Source of the DNA: a virus | Lineage: Duplodnaviria; Caudoviricetes | IMG/VR virus record: IMGVR_UViG_2565956830_000005 | Span: 1 to 64,000 of that record | Length of the DNA stretch: 64,000 bases | Reading direction: 5' to 3' (one strand) | Shown here: positions 37,250-46,536 of the stretch, piece after piece | How positions within the stretch are numbered: position 1 is the stretch's first letter | How the letters are laid out: each line of letters starts with the position of its first letter | Position numbers and translations under genes: made by a program | The notes under the pieces: model-generated | What the model saw: only the letters and a program-made list of their open reading frames with translations | What the model was told of the DNA's origin: nothing | Databases searched by the model: none

Positions 37250-38140
37250 TCAGGGTTCGTCGACGGCGACCGGGTTGTCGCCGAGCCAGCCGATGCGGGC
37301 GTCCACGTTCACCTCGGCCTCGCGCTGGCGCGGCGTGTGGGCCTGCTCTGCGGCCCGTCCGGTCTTCGTACGGCAGGGCTCGCCGCTGCCGGCCTCGCAT
37401 CGTTCGCACTCGATCCGCAGGACCTCCTGCGCGATCGCCGCGTCCCGTTCCCGGGCCCGACGTTGTTGGGCGGTCTTCGATTCCCACGACTTCAACAGCG
37501 AGCCAGGGACACCGTCCATGCCTTCCGGGTACGTCAGCGTGGTGCTGGCCCAGGCACCGGTGCCGGCGAGGTGCAGCAGCTGGTTGGCGGTGGGAATGAC
37601 GGCCGGACCGCCGAAGTCCTCCCGGTCCGTGTCCAACGCGGACGCGCCCCACTTGTCGCCGCTCGTGAACCCGGCGGCGAGGGGGATGTCGCCATCGATG
37701 ATGCGCGCCACCTTGTGCAAGCGCTCGGCGCGCTCCCGGAGCGCGCGTGCTTCGCGGCGCAGGGCCTCGATGTCGTCGGCGAGTTCGACCGGGGTGTCGG
37801 GGGTCTCGGCGGCGCGGGCGAGCTGGTCGATCCATACGGCGGCTGCGGAGCAGTGGACGGCGAGTTCATCGATCGTGATCCGGGGGCCGGCCATCAGGTG
37901 GCTGGTGGAGTCCTCAGCAGCGCCCTGCTGGCCGGGCAACGGGTGTTCGGGGGCGTCGACGACGGCGGAGAGCTGCTCGCCGCCGTCGCGGGTAAGACGC
38001 CGGCGCGGACTGCCGTGGTAGCCGAGCGCGGTGGCAGTCTTCTCCCAGACGAGCTGGGCGGCGTCGCGGTCGGCGGACAGAACGATGATCTCGGCTTGAC
38101 CATCGTCCGGCAGAGGGCGGCTGGTGTCGGTGTGGTTCAA
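37250..38140 (-). CDS. hypothetical protein with C-terminal Zn finger
   Basis: 'ECERCEAGSGEPCRT...H..R'; CAGGAG RBS before TTG. Confidence 0.6.
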   Translation of the reverse strand: MNHTDTSRPLPDDGQAEIIVLSADRDAAQLVWEKTATALGYHGSPRRRLTRDGGEQLSAVVDAPEHPLPGQQGAAEDSTSHLMAGPRITIDELAVHCSAAAVWIDQLARAAETPDTPVELADDIEALRREARALRERAERLHKVARIIDGDIPLAAGFTSGDKWGASALDTDREDFGGPAVIPTANQLLHLAGTGAWASTTLTYPEGMDGVPGSLLKSWESKTAQQRRARERDAAIAQEVLRIECERCEAGSGEPCRTKTGRAAEQAHTPRQREAEVNVDARIGWLGDNPVAVDEP

Positions 38141-38167
38141 CGTTGGTACTCCTGGTTGCGGCGGTGG

Positions 38168-38377
38168 TCAGTCGTCCGGGGCGGTGCAGCCGGCGTCCAG
38201 CTGCAGATAGGTGCGGCCGCCGTCGTAAGCGCGGGCCGATGTGGTGGTGAAGGCGGCGCGGAGGACGTCGAGGACGACCTGGGTGGTGGCTTCGTCAGCC
38301 ATGATCCGGATGTCGGCGATGCCAGGGAGGTGCTGGCGCTCCTCGCGCTCCCGGCGCGGCCGGGATGTCCTGGGCAT
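38168..38377 (-). CDS. small hypothetical protein
   Basis: TGATG-coupled, 69 aa. Confidence 0.5.
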   Translation of the reverse strand: MPRTSRPRREREERQHLPGIADIRIMADEATTQVVLDVLRAAFTTTSARAYDGGRTYLQLDAGCTAPDD

Positions 38378-38982
38378 CAGTGGCTCCCTTCGCGGGTGTT
38401 GCGGATGAGGTGGTCGGTGTGGTGGGCGCCTGCGATGCAGCCCGGTTCGTCGCAGGTGCGCCAGACGCGGCCCTGGGGGTCGCGGCCGTGGTGTTTCCGG
38501 AAGGCGACGTGGCGGGCGTTGTGCCTGCGTCCGGCGGCCAGGAGGTCCGCGCTCCGGCCGCTGCGCGGTCCCGTCCACAGCACGTGTCCGCGTGCCGTGT
38601 CCTGGGCGTACAGGGCGAAGGCCTCGTCGACGGTGCGCCGCTGGCCGGCCTGCTTGTCGTAGGAGGGGACGGGAATCCGGTGGCGTTTCCGCAGGTGGGA
38701 GATGCGGTTGGGGCTGAGCCGGAACTTGCTGCGGACCGCCTGGTACGAGGCGCCGCCTTGGAGTATGGCCACGGCCTGGTCCTCGAGGACGTCGAGTTCC
38801 GCCCGGGTGCGTTTGGCCCGCTCGGGCGGTACGGGGATGTGCCGCTCGGTGCGCACGCGCCGGATCCGGACGTAGCCGACGTTCAGCTCCTGCGCGACGG
38901 CGTCACAGGTCGCGCCGGCCTGGAGCATGGCGGCGATCCGGTCTTCGAGTTCCTGTTTCCAGTCCACTGGGCCGCCTGTCAC
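38377..38982 (-). CDS. tandem HTH plus degenerate HNH-like protein
   Basis: Two HTH-like repeats; 'GHVLWTG...ARHVAF...RTCDEPGCIAGAH'. Confidence 0.6.
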   Translation of the reverse strand: MTGGPVDWKQELEDRIAAMLQAGATCDAVAQELNVGYVRIRRVRTERHIPVPPERAKRTRAELDVLEDQAVAILQGGASYQAVRSKFRLSPNRISHLRKRHRIPVPSYDKQAGQRRTVDEAFALYAQDTARGHVLWTGPRSGRSADLLAAGRRHNARHVAFRKHHGRDPQGRVWRTCDEPGCIAGAHHTDHLIRNTREGSH

Positions 38983-39536
38983 TGGGAGCGGAAGGGGTTG
39001 GGGAGGTCTCCTGCCGCGATTGAGTGGACGATCGCGGCGACCTCACGGGCGCCGTCCGGGGTGTCGGGCGCGTGGATGGTGAAGACGCGGGTGCGCGGGT
39101 TGTTGACCATCAGTTCCCAGCCGCTGTCCGCGTAGAGGGCGACGGCCAGGCCTGCCGCGTTGTCCCAGCCCCACCGGGGGCCGCCTTCGAGGGGCTCCAC
39201 GGCCACGCCCATGCGGACGTGGGAGCCGGTGATGGTGAGCCCGGCCTCGGTGAATGCCTGCGTCAACGCGCGGTGGAGCTCGTTGATTTCGTCGAGCTGG
39301 CGGTTCGTCGTGGGCCGCCGGTACTTGTCGGCGGTGGCCTCGGCGGCTGCGGTGATGAGGCCACCGAGTCGGCCCAGGCGGTCTTCTCGGGGATGCCCGT
39401 GCGCGGCGGCGGTCTCGTGGAGGGCGTCGAGGAGGTGTGCGGCCTCGGCGATGACGCTCGGCACGTACAGGGCGCGCAGGCCCGCGTACCAGGTGGTGAT
39501 CTTGTTGGTGGAGTGCTCGGTGGGTGGTGCTTGCAC
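38979..39536 (-). CDS. hypothetical protein
   Basis: 185 aa, GAGGA RBS. Confidence 0.55.
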   Translation of the reverse strand: MQAPPTEHSTNKITTWYAGLRALYVPSVIAEAAHLLDALHETAAAHGHPREDRLGRLGGLITAAAEATADKYRRPTTNRQLDEINELHRALTQAFTEAGLTITGSHVRMGVAVEPLEGGPRWGWDNAAGLAVALYADSGWELMVNNPRTRVFTIHAPDTPDGAREVAAIVHSIAAGDLPNPFRSQ

Positions 39537-39552
39537 GGTGGTGGTCCTCTGG

Positions 39553-39783
39553 TCAGGTCGCCTTGATGATCAAGGCGATGACGATGACTGCGATCACCAC
39601 GACGAGGATCCGGGCCTGTGCCAGGTCGAGCTGGTACGGCACCGGCTTGATGATCTCGCCGTAGGGGTGGTCGCCACCGTGCTGCTCATCGCGATGCTGC
39701 TGCCCGTGCCGCTCGGCTGCGACTTCGAGTGCGTACGGGCGCGAATCGGCCCGGCAGACGGGGCAGCTGTACAGGTGCGGCAT
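39553..39783 (-). CDS. small Zn-finger membrane protein
   Basis: CPVC...H...H plus C-terminal hydrophobic helix. Confidence 0.6.
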   Translation of the reverse strand: MPHLYSCPVCRADSRPYALEVAAERHGQQHRDEQHGGDHPYGEIIKPVPYQLDLAQARILVVVIAVIVIALIIKAT

Positions 39784-39813
39784 TGCGTCCTGCTCTCAGG
39801 GTCGGGTGCAGGT

Positions 39814-39881
39814 GGTAGATAGAGCACGGTAGACGACCGGTAGATATGGGCGGTAGATGTCGTTTGACCTGGGCTTCTACC
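39814..39881. repeat. GGTAGA direct repeats (x4) plus one inverted copy
   Basis: GGTAGA at 39814, 39828, 39839, 39852; TCTACC at 39876. Confidence 0.7.
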
Positions 39882-41043
39882 CCCTTCCAGGAGAGGCCGG
39901 AGCAGGGTTGGGAGGAGGGGTGTGACCGGGGGTGCGGGTGGGGCCTCTGCGGCCCGCGAGCCAGGCGCCCAGGAGCCGCTCGAACGGGACCCCCTTCCGG
40001 GGGCCGGCGGGGGCCTCCTCCGCCCGGCCGGGGGCCACTCCCGCCACCGGCCCGGGGGCCCCCTCGGGCGATGCCTCGGGGAGGCTCTCCGTGGGAGGCA
40101 CCGGGAGTACCCCGGGAGCGGGCTCTGGCGCGTGGTTCTGTGAGGCCTCGGCGAGCAGCTGGGCGACGCTGTTGGTCGCGGCGGTCAGCGGCGCCCCGAG
40201 AGCGGCCACGAGTTCGTCGGCGTGGACCCCATGGGTCGGTCCCCGGCCGCTCCCTCGGATCTGCATCGTCTTGACGGGGATACCGAGACGGGCGCAGTGC
40301 TCCCGCAGCGCCTCCACCGTCCACGCCTCGGGGACCGCCCCCTCATCGATGAGCGTCGCCAAGTGAACGCCCCTACGCCCCTCCGTCACGGCGGCAGAGA
40401 CCCGGGCGCAGACGAGGTGCAGCAGCCACAGGCCGGCCGCGCGGACCTGCGCCGTGTCCGGCGCGGCGGACCGCGCTTCCCCGGCCTGCGGCCCTGTTTC
40501 CCCACCGGCCGCCGGCTCCGTGCTGGCCGTGCGTCGGCCGTTCTTGTCGTACTGGGCGGTCAGCCACGCGGCCACGGCCCACCACACGGCCACCCACGGC
40601 AGCAGGGCGGCGAGATCCGGAGCCACGGCGTGCCAGCCGCGCTCGATGGGCCGGTGAGTGAAGCAGTAGACGACCCAGGCGGCGAACGCCACGCCGATCA
40701 ACTTGTTGGGTGCCAGCAGCGCCGCCGCAGTCCAGCTGTTCTTCTTGCCGCCCTTGGCCTTCGCGGTGGCCGGCTTCCCCTGCTCCCCGTCTGCCGGCTT
40801 CCCTCCTGGAACACCAGCCCCGGCCAGCATGTCTCCTTCCCCGACCGCGCTGCTCTTCGCCGGCTTGTTCTTCTCCTTGCCCTTCCCGCTGCTCTTGGCC
40901 GACGCGCGCCCGGGTAGATGCCGCGCGCCCTGGCACGCCCGCTGCACACCGCCCACGAGGCGGCGCGCCAGCAGGCCGCTACCACGCACTTCGTCCCCGA
41001 CGAGGACCACCAGGGCGCGCCAGACACTGATCGTGATCTTCAT
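39877..41043 (-). CDS. membrane protein with TraB-like C-terminal winged helix
   Basis: Two TM helices, then 'GVHLATL...WTVEALREHCARLGIPV...GVHADEL'; no Walker motifs. Confidence 0.55.
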   Translation of the reverse strand: MKITISVWRALVVLVGDEVRGSGLLARRLVGGVQRACQGARHLPGRASAKSSGKGKEKNKPAKSSAVGEGDMLAGAGVPGGKPADGEQGKPATAKAKGGKKNSWTAAALLAPNKLIGVAFAAWVVYCFTHRPIERGWHAVAPDLAALLPWVAVWWAVAAWLTAQYDKNGRRTASTEPAAGGETGPQAGEARSAAPDTAQVRAAGLWLLHLVCARVSAAVTEGRRGVHLATLIDEGAVPEAWTVEALREHCARLGIPVKTMQIRGSGRGPTHGVHADELVAALGAPLTAATNSVAQLLAEASQNHAPEPAPGVLPVPPTESLPEASPEGAPGPVAGVAPGRAEEAPAGPRKGVPFERLLGAWLAGRRGPTRTPGHTPPPNPAPASPGRG

Positions 41044-41495
41044 CAGTTGCCGGTCCAGTGAGAGATGGTGATCCGGAACGCGTTGAGGACGACTGCGCAG
41101 ACACCGCCGGCTTCCACCAGAGAGGCCGAGGCCATGAGCGCGAGGACCGCGGTGAGTCCCTTGCGGTTCCCCAGAGGGTGGAAGTAGGCGGTGAGTCCCA
41201 GGCAGGCGCCGAGGCCGGCCGGTCCGAGTGCTGGGATGCCGGCGCCGTCGAGGGCCGATGACGGAATCGTGCCGATCCCGGTGATGACATCGGCCCAGCT
41301 GTTCCCGGCGGCGAGGAACATCGTGCCGGTGAGGATGCCGAAGACCGCGATGCGTTCCTTGGTGTTGATCTTGACGTGGTTTCCCACGCCCAGCCACAAG
41401 AGCACGCCCATCACGGCAGCGATCCCGGACAGAGTCCAGGAACCGGCCCAGTTGCCCTTGGCCAGGTCAGCGGTGGGAGAAGCGAGGGTGTACAT
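41043..41495 (-). CDS. multi-pass membrane protein
   Basis: 150 aa, about 4 hydrophobic segments. Confidence 0.65.
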   Translation of the reverse strand: MYTLASPTADLAKGNWAGSWTLSGIAAVMGVLLWLGVGNHVKINTKERIAVFGILTGTMFLAAGNSWADVITGIGTIPSSALDGAGIPALGPAGLGACLGLTAYFHPLGNRKGLTAVLALMASASLVEAGGVCAVVLNAFRITISHWTGN

Positions 41496-41506
41496 CGTGG
41501 GGCCTT

Positions 41507-42634
41507 TCAGCGCGGGCCAGGGCCGTACCAGGCGACGGCGACAAGAGCGGATGCCAGGGGAACGCGGACGAACCAGCGCACGAGCGCCGGTGAGGCCTTG
41601 AAACGCCTGTCGATCAGCCAGTACAGGCCCCCGCAGATCGCGGCCGACGTCGACAGGAGCGCGATGCCGGAGGCGTCCAGGCCGGCATAGGCGCCGTACT
41701 GGTTGAGGATCTGCACCCCGTCCGGCGCCAGCCCGGGCGCCACGTACGCGGCGAACACTGAGGCCACGACGCGGCCGATGATCCCGCCGGGCAGATACCG
41801 GACGACGCCCTGCACACCGAGGACGCGCCAGGTGCCGTAGCCGCCGGCGCAGGCGAGGGTCAGGCCGATGGCGTCGGTGGCTTGGTGGTCGGCGGCCGGG
41901 AGGAACGCGCCGATCGCGTCGACCAGGCCGATGACGTACCCGAAAGCGCCGGCGGACGCGGTGAACAGGAGCGGCTTGACGTAGCTCCGGCTCGGGGTCG
42001 CCTGCAGTGTGGGTGTTTTGCCGGACGGTGTCTTCTTCCGGCCGCCCGGACGCCCGGGTTTGCTCGGTGCGGCCGGGCGGCTGCTGGGCACTTCGGCGTC
42101 CAGGTCGGGGATGTCGAGTTGCTCGTCGCAGTCCAGGCAGATCGACGCGACGTGCTCCCCGGTGGGCTGGGCGTGGACGGGCACGGTGCGCGCGTGTGGG
42201 CAGTCCGGCGGCTCTGTCTGTTCCGGCTGTGCAGGCCTGTTGAGCCTTTTCCGCCACCACTCGGGGAGCAGGTCGGCCCCTCGCAGACGCAGAGGATCCA
42301 CGTCGTCCTCCTCCTGGTCGTCATCGTCGTCCGGTATCTGAGCGGCGGTGGCTGCCGGTGCCGTAGGAGGTGCGGGCTGTGCGGGAGGCATGGGCGGTGC
42401 GGCAGGTGCGGTCGGTGCCCGGAAGCCGGGAGGGCTGCTGAGCATGGTGGGCGCGGGCGGTGTGGCAGGCGCGGGCGGCATCGGCGGGGCGCTGGGTGCC
42501 GGGGGTGTGCTGGGCGCAGGCGGTGGCTTGTTGGGCACCGTGGGTGTACTGGGTGCCGGCAGCGGCCGGTACCCCAGGAAGTCCATCCACCAGTCGTCCG
42601 GATCCGGTGCACCAGGCTGCGCGCTGCCACTCAC
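41507..42634 (-). CDS. Pro-rich membrane protein with Zn-ribbon
   Basis: PAP repeats, 'CPH...CLDC', several C-terminal TM helices. Confidence 0.6.
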   Translation of the reverse strand: MSGSAQPGAPDPDDWWMDFLGYRPLPAPSTPTVPNKPPPAPSTPPAPSAPPMPPAPATPPAPTMLSSPPGFRAPTAPAAPPMPPAQPAPPTAPAATAAQIPDDDDDQEEDDVDPLRLRGADLLPEWWRKRLNRPAQPEQTEPPDCPHARTVPVHAQPTGEHVASICLDCDEQLDIPDLDAEVPSSRPAAPSKPGRPGGRKKTPSGKTPTLQATPSRSYVKPLLFTASAGAFGYVIGLVDAIGAFLPAADHQATDAIGLTLACAGGYGTWRVLGVQGVVRYLPGGIIGRVVASVFAAYVAPGLAPDGVQILNQYGAYAGLDASGIALLSTSAAICGGLYWLIDRRFKASPALVRWFVRVPLASALVAVAWYGPGPR

Positions 42635-42813
42635 CACGGAACCCCCAAGCCCAGCCCGTAGGTGACCAGCAGGAGTTCGGCGACTGCGTACCCGGCGCAG
42701 TAGAGCAGGTCGCGGAGGTTGTGATTGCCTGCGGCCCGCGCGGCGTGGCCGATGGCGCAGGCGCCCAGGCCCGCTGCGAGCAGGAAGCCAAAGATTTGGG
42801 TGAAGGGCGGCAT
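42631..42813 (-). CDS. small membrane protein
   Basis: 60 aa, 2 TM; AAGGA RBS. Confidence 0.55.
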   Translation of the reverse strand: MPPFTQIFGFLLAAGLGACAIGHAARAAGNHNLRDLLYCAGYAVAELLLVTYGLGLGVPW

Positions 42814-42822
42814 GGCGTGTCC

Positions 42823-43050
42823 TTAGTGCAGGAGTGTGGCGGCGGTGGTGCAGGCTGCCGCGGTAGCGGAGAGGGTGGCTGCCGTACGGGCGCGTCCGCG
42901 CGCGCAGGCCAGCAGTGCGAGGGCGATGGCCGCACCGTCGGTGCATACGGCGGCCTGAGGAGTCGTCAGGCCGGCCAGTACGCACCAGTGCCAGCCCTCG
43001 CAGACCAGCGCCACGACGTTCTTGTCGGGCTCGGCCTCCGGCGGCGTCAT
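42823..43050 (-). CDS. small hydrophobic protein
   Basis: MTPPEAEPDK..., coupled. Confidence 0.45.
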   Translation of the reverse strand: MTPPEAEPDKNVVALVCEGWHWCVLAGLTTPQAAVCTDGAAIALALLACARGRARTAATLSATAAACTTAATLLH

Positions 43051-43175
43051 TGCGGGGTCCAGCAGACGACGGCAAGGACCATCGCGGCGATGACCGCGAC
43101 GAGGGCGTACTGCCGCAGCGCGCCGCTGCGCGTGTCCAGGGCGACGAGGCCCGCGGCCGGAATGACGTAGGACAT
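43047..43175 (-). CDS. 42-aa membrane peptide (not in the ORF track)
   Basis: MSYVIPAAGLVALDTRSGALRQYALVAVIAAMVLAVVCWTPQ; ATGA overlap with the next gene. Confidence 0.45.
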   Translation of the reverse strand: MSYVIPAAGLVALDTRSGALRQYALVAVIAAMVLAVVCWTPQ

Positions 43176-43224
43176 TCAGGGGCTTCCGGGTTGCGGGGCC
43201 GCGGTGCACGCCCCGGTGTGCAGG

Positions 43225-45222
43225 TCAGGTAGGGCATGGCACGGCCAGTTCGGGGCGCGGCAGCGTGTAGCCCCCGGCAATGAGGTCCGCGGCTTCCTTA
43301 CGGCGCTCGGAGGCGGTGGAGACGGACACTCCGAGAGCACCGGCGATGACGTCCAGCTGGATCGCGTCTGGGTCCCCGGCACCGTCGGTGAGGATCATGC
43401 GGGCGACCCTGCGGGCGTCCCGCTCGCGCGGGGTGAGGCGGGCGTGGTCTTCCATTTCGACCGCGAGAGCCTCGGCTTCGGCAACCCGGCGGCGCATTCC
43501 GACCGCGTCGAGCCGGACCGTCTCCGCGGCGGCCGCTTCCTCGGCCGCACGCCGTTCCGCGAGGGCCGCTTCCTCGCTGATCTTGGCCCTACGGCGGCGC
43601 GCTTCGGCGTTGGCCAGCTCCGCTTCGACCGCACGACGGTCCGTTTCGGCAGCAGCCGCTCGCGTTCCGGCCGCGCGCCTTTCCATTTCGGCCGCAGCCT
43701 CCAGACGCCGGCTGTTCTCGACCGATTGGTCGGCGGCCTGACGCTGTTCGGCGGCGAGCTGCTGCTCCGTTCCGAGGGCACGCTGGCGCGTTCCGAGGGC
43801 AGCGGCCCGCGCATCGGCAGCTTCCTTCTCCCGTCGGGCGGCCTCGACCTCGAGGCGCTCCGTTTCGGCCAGCGCTACGGCGGTCTCCTCGTCGGCCAGG
43901 GCCGCCATGTGGCGGTCGGCAGCAGCCGCGGCCTCGAGCTGCTCGGCTTGCTGCGCCTTGGTCGCGGCGGCGAGCCGGTCCTCGGCGGCCTGGAGCTGGG
44001 CTGCGGCGGCGGTCGCCGACTCGAGAGCCTCCGCCTCCTGGACAGCGACGCGTTCCTCGGCTTCGGCCACAGCGGTGGCCTTGGCGTACGCGGAGCGGGC
44101 AGCGACCGAAGCGACCGACTTCCGGGCATCGAGCCCTTCCTCGGCCTCGGCAACCTCGGCCTGCTTCGCGAGGAGCAGGATCCTGGCGTCCGCGGTCCGG
44201 ATCTGGGCGGCGAGCGCCTCCTGCTCCTGGCGCTCCTCCTGCTCCCGCTCGCGCTGCTGCTCGGCGGCGCGGGCCTGCTCGGGGATGGCGAGGGCCTCGT
44301 CGACGGTCAGCCCGTACGGCGCCATGATCATGGGGAGGCGGGCCTCCATCGGGGCGCTCTTCCAGCCCTTGGGGTACTGCTTCCCCTTGGGGTAGATGCG
44401 GTCGAGTGCAGCCCGGTAGATGAGCTGGTCACGGCGCCTGTCTACCGCCTCGTCGTACGACCGGATCCCCAGGAGGACCATCCGCCGGTGGAGGCTGAAG
44501 GAGCCGGCCGGATCGAGGATCCAGCGCTCGAGAGGGATGCCGTCGCGGCGGGTGCCGGCGGCGACGTCCTCGGCGCGGGTGACCTGGATGATGACCCGCC
44601 GGGCAGCCTCGACCGCGGTCACGAACATGACCGGGATGACCGCGTGCATCCCGACACCGACAGGGTCCGCGCTCAGCGGGCGGCCACCGGACGCGGCGTT
44701 GAAGACGATCGTCGCGACCGTGAAGCCGTGCGCTGCGAGGCGGAGGATGGGCCAGCGGATCCGGCGGTGGGTGAGGACGAGGTCCAGGGCGTAGAGGACG
44801 ACGATGCCGACGTCGACACCGACCGGGAAGACCTGCGCGAACTCGCCAAAATGGTGCGCCTCGCCCAGCTTCACGAGGGACCGGTAGGAGCCGGTGAAGC
44901 CGATCCCGGCGAGGACCAGGCCGCCGATGACCGCGAACACGTTGAGGCCCCTGCGGGCTGCTCCCGAAACAGCGTCCGACGTACCCGGAACGCCGGGGGC
45001 CGTCGTCGGAACGGCACCCGGCGCCTCCGGAACGGCCACCTCTTTCCCACGCTCGACGCGCGGTTGGAAGCGCGCGACGGGGACCTTGGGGCGGCCGTGG
45101 CCGGGCGCGGCCGGAACGGATTCCGGCGCGCTCGGAACGCTGCGGTGCGGGGTCGGAACGGCCGCCTGCGTCCTCGGAACAGAGCCGCCGCGCCAGAGTG
45201 TGAGGCGTGTGAGGAGAGTCAT
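43225..45222 (-). CDS. DUF2637/SpdB2-like membrane coiled-coil protein with C-terminal HTH
   Basis: 'GFTGSYRSL...FPVGVDVGI...TIVFNAA...HAVIPVMF...EAAR' DUF2637 pattern; long coiled coil; 'IAGALGVSVSTASERR' HTH. Confidence 0.8.
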   Translation of the reverse strand: MTLLTRLTLWRGGSVPRTQAAVPTPHRSVPSAPESVPAAPGHGRPKVPVARFQPRVERGKEVAVPEAPGAVPTTAPGVPGTSDAVSGAARRGLNVFAVIGGLVLAGIGFTGSYRSLVKLGEAHHFGEFAQVFPVGVDVGIVVLYALDLVLTHRRIRWPILRLAAHGFTVATIVFNAASGGRPLSADPVGVGMHAVIPVMFVTAVEAARRVIIQVTRAEDVAAGTRRDGIPLERWILDPAGSFSLHRRMVLLGIRSYDEAVDRRRDQLIYRAALDRIYPKGKQYPKGWKSAPMEARLPMIMAPYGLTVDEALAIPEQARAAEQQREREQEERQEQEALAAQIRTADARILLLAKQAEVAEAEEGLDARKSVASVAARSAYAKATAVAEAEERVAVQEAEALESATAAAAQLQAAEDRLAAATKAQQAEQLEAAAAADRHMAALADEETAVALAETERLEVEAARREKEAADARAAALGTRQRALGTEQQLAAEQRQAADQSVENSRRLEAAAEMERRAAGTRAAAAETDRRAVEAELANAEARRRRAKISEEAALAERRAAEEAAAAETVRLDAVGMRRRVAEAEALAVEMEDHARLTPRERDARRVARMILTDGAGDPDAIQLDVIAGALGVSVSTASERRKEAADLIAGGYTLPRPELAVPCPT
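44986..45180 (+). repeat. CGGAAC array phased at 21 bp
   Basis: Copies at 44986, 45007, 45028, 45112, 45133, 45154, 45175. Confidence 0.8.
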
Positions 45223-45265
45223 GGAAGGCCCTTCCGATGAACGAGGACGCAGGGAATGGGAACGG

Positions 45266-45886
45266 TCAGCAGCCGGCTTGTTCGTCAGCGCGCTGCGACG
45301 GCATCAGCCGCCGGGCCTGTGCCGTCGCGGTCTCCGCGTCGGGCCAGCAGTACAGCTCCGAGTCGGAGAGGAGGGCTGAGAAGCGCCAACCGTCCGGAGT
45401 CCAGGCCCGGCGTCCACGCACCGCGTAGGAGTTCGCCTCGACCACGGCGAACTGGCGACCGCCGGATGGCCGGCGCACGTACAGGCCGTAGCCCGGCTCC
45501 CACAGCCGCAGTTCCGTCAAGGAGTCGACGAGCGCCTGCAGTTCGGCGATCCGGGCTCCAAGCTCGTCGGGAGTGGACTCGCCTGCGTTCGGCTGGCTGC
45601 CGCCGCTGGTGTCCTTCTCGTCGCCCGGGCCGAGGTCGATCTCGTCGAGTGCCGGCAGACCGATATCGATGAACTCGACGTCGGGGTGGATGTAGTCGGC
45701 GCTCCACGTCGACCAGCCCTTGGCCCCTCCGACGGTGCGGATCTTCGCCGCCCATGCACGCAGGACGTCGTCCGTGGCGGCCTTGATCAGTTCCTCGGCC
45801 GGAGCATCGTTGATCTCCTGCGCAACGATGGCAGCCAGCCGCTCACGGGGAGTCCATCGGTCTGGATCCCATTGGCCGGCGGTCAC
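45266..45886 (-). CDS. hypothetical protein
   Basis: 206 aa, coupled. Confidence 0.55.
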   Translation of the reverse strand: MTAGQWDPDRWTPRERLAAIVAQEINDAPAEELIKAATDDVLRAWAAKIRTVGGAKGWSTWSADYIHPDVEFIDIGLPALDEIDLGPGDEKDTSGGSQPNAGESTPDELGARIAELQALVDSLTELRLWEPGYGLYVRRPSGGRQFAVVEANSYAVRGRRAWTPDGWRFSALLSDSELYCWPDAETATAQARRLMPSQRADEQAGC

Positions 45887-46536
45887 TGGCTCTCACCGCC
45901 CTCGGCGAGGCGGGCGCCGATCCAGCGGGCGGCGGCGGTGACGGTGCGCAGCGGGTTGCCGCCGCGGCCGCGGCCGTCGTTGGCGTGCAACCAGTGGAGG
46001 CGCTGTCCGGCGCCGTACTGGCCGTCGGGGTGGGGCACGGCGAGCGCCGTCCACACGACGCCGCCCTGCGCTCCACGGCTCTGCGTGATCTCCCCGACCA
46101 CCACGTCCGCGGTGACCCTCTTGACCTTGAGTGCGGTGACGACGAAGTCGTACGGCTCCGGATCATGAGCACGGCCGACGCCGAACCACGGCTGCGCGGG
46201 CCACAGAAGCAGCCCGGCCTTCTGACGCGGGGGCAGACCGTACGCCACCCACCTGGTGTCCGTGAGCGTGGTGCCGGTGTCGTCGGTCTTCTCACCGTAG
46301 ATCACCTGGGCCGCGCCGCAGGAGTGGCACACGATGCGCACAACCGTCTGGGCGAAGCTGCTGCGGTGCGAGCAGAACTCATCCGAGCAGCCGTGCTTGA
46401 CGACAGCGCCCATGTGGCCACCCGAGCGGGCCACGTCCTCGTCGGTGCGGACCCCGATGTCCCACGCAGGCCGCTTACAGCCACGCTGGTGCTGGGGCGT
46501 CTCCCAGCCCAGGTAGGTATCGAGTGCGCTCTTCAC
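45883..46536 (-). CDS. hypothetical protein with Cys motifs
   Basis: 217 aa, coupled. Confidence 0.55.
   Translation of the reverse strand: MKSALDTYLGWETPQHQRGCKRPAWDIGVRTDEDVARSGGHMGAVVKHGCSDEFCSHRSSFAQTVVRIVCHSCGAAQVIYGEKTDDTGTTLTDTRWVAYGLPPRQKAGLLLWPAQPWFGVGRAHDPEPYDFVVTALKVKRVTADVVVGEITQSRGAQGGVVWTALAVPHPDGQYGAGQRLHWLHANDGRGRGGNPLRTVTAAARWIGARLAEGGESQ

Noticed and set aside
44986-45180. Possible CRISPR array
   Set aside because: The repeat is only 6 bp with a 21-bp period inside a CDS; no cas genes
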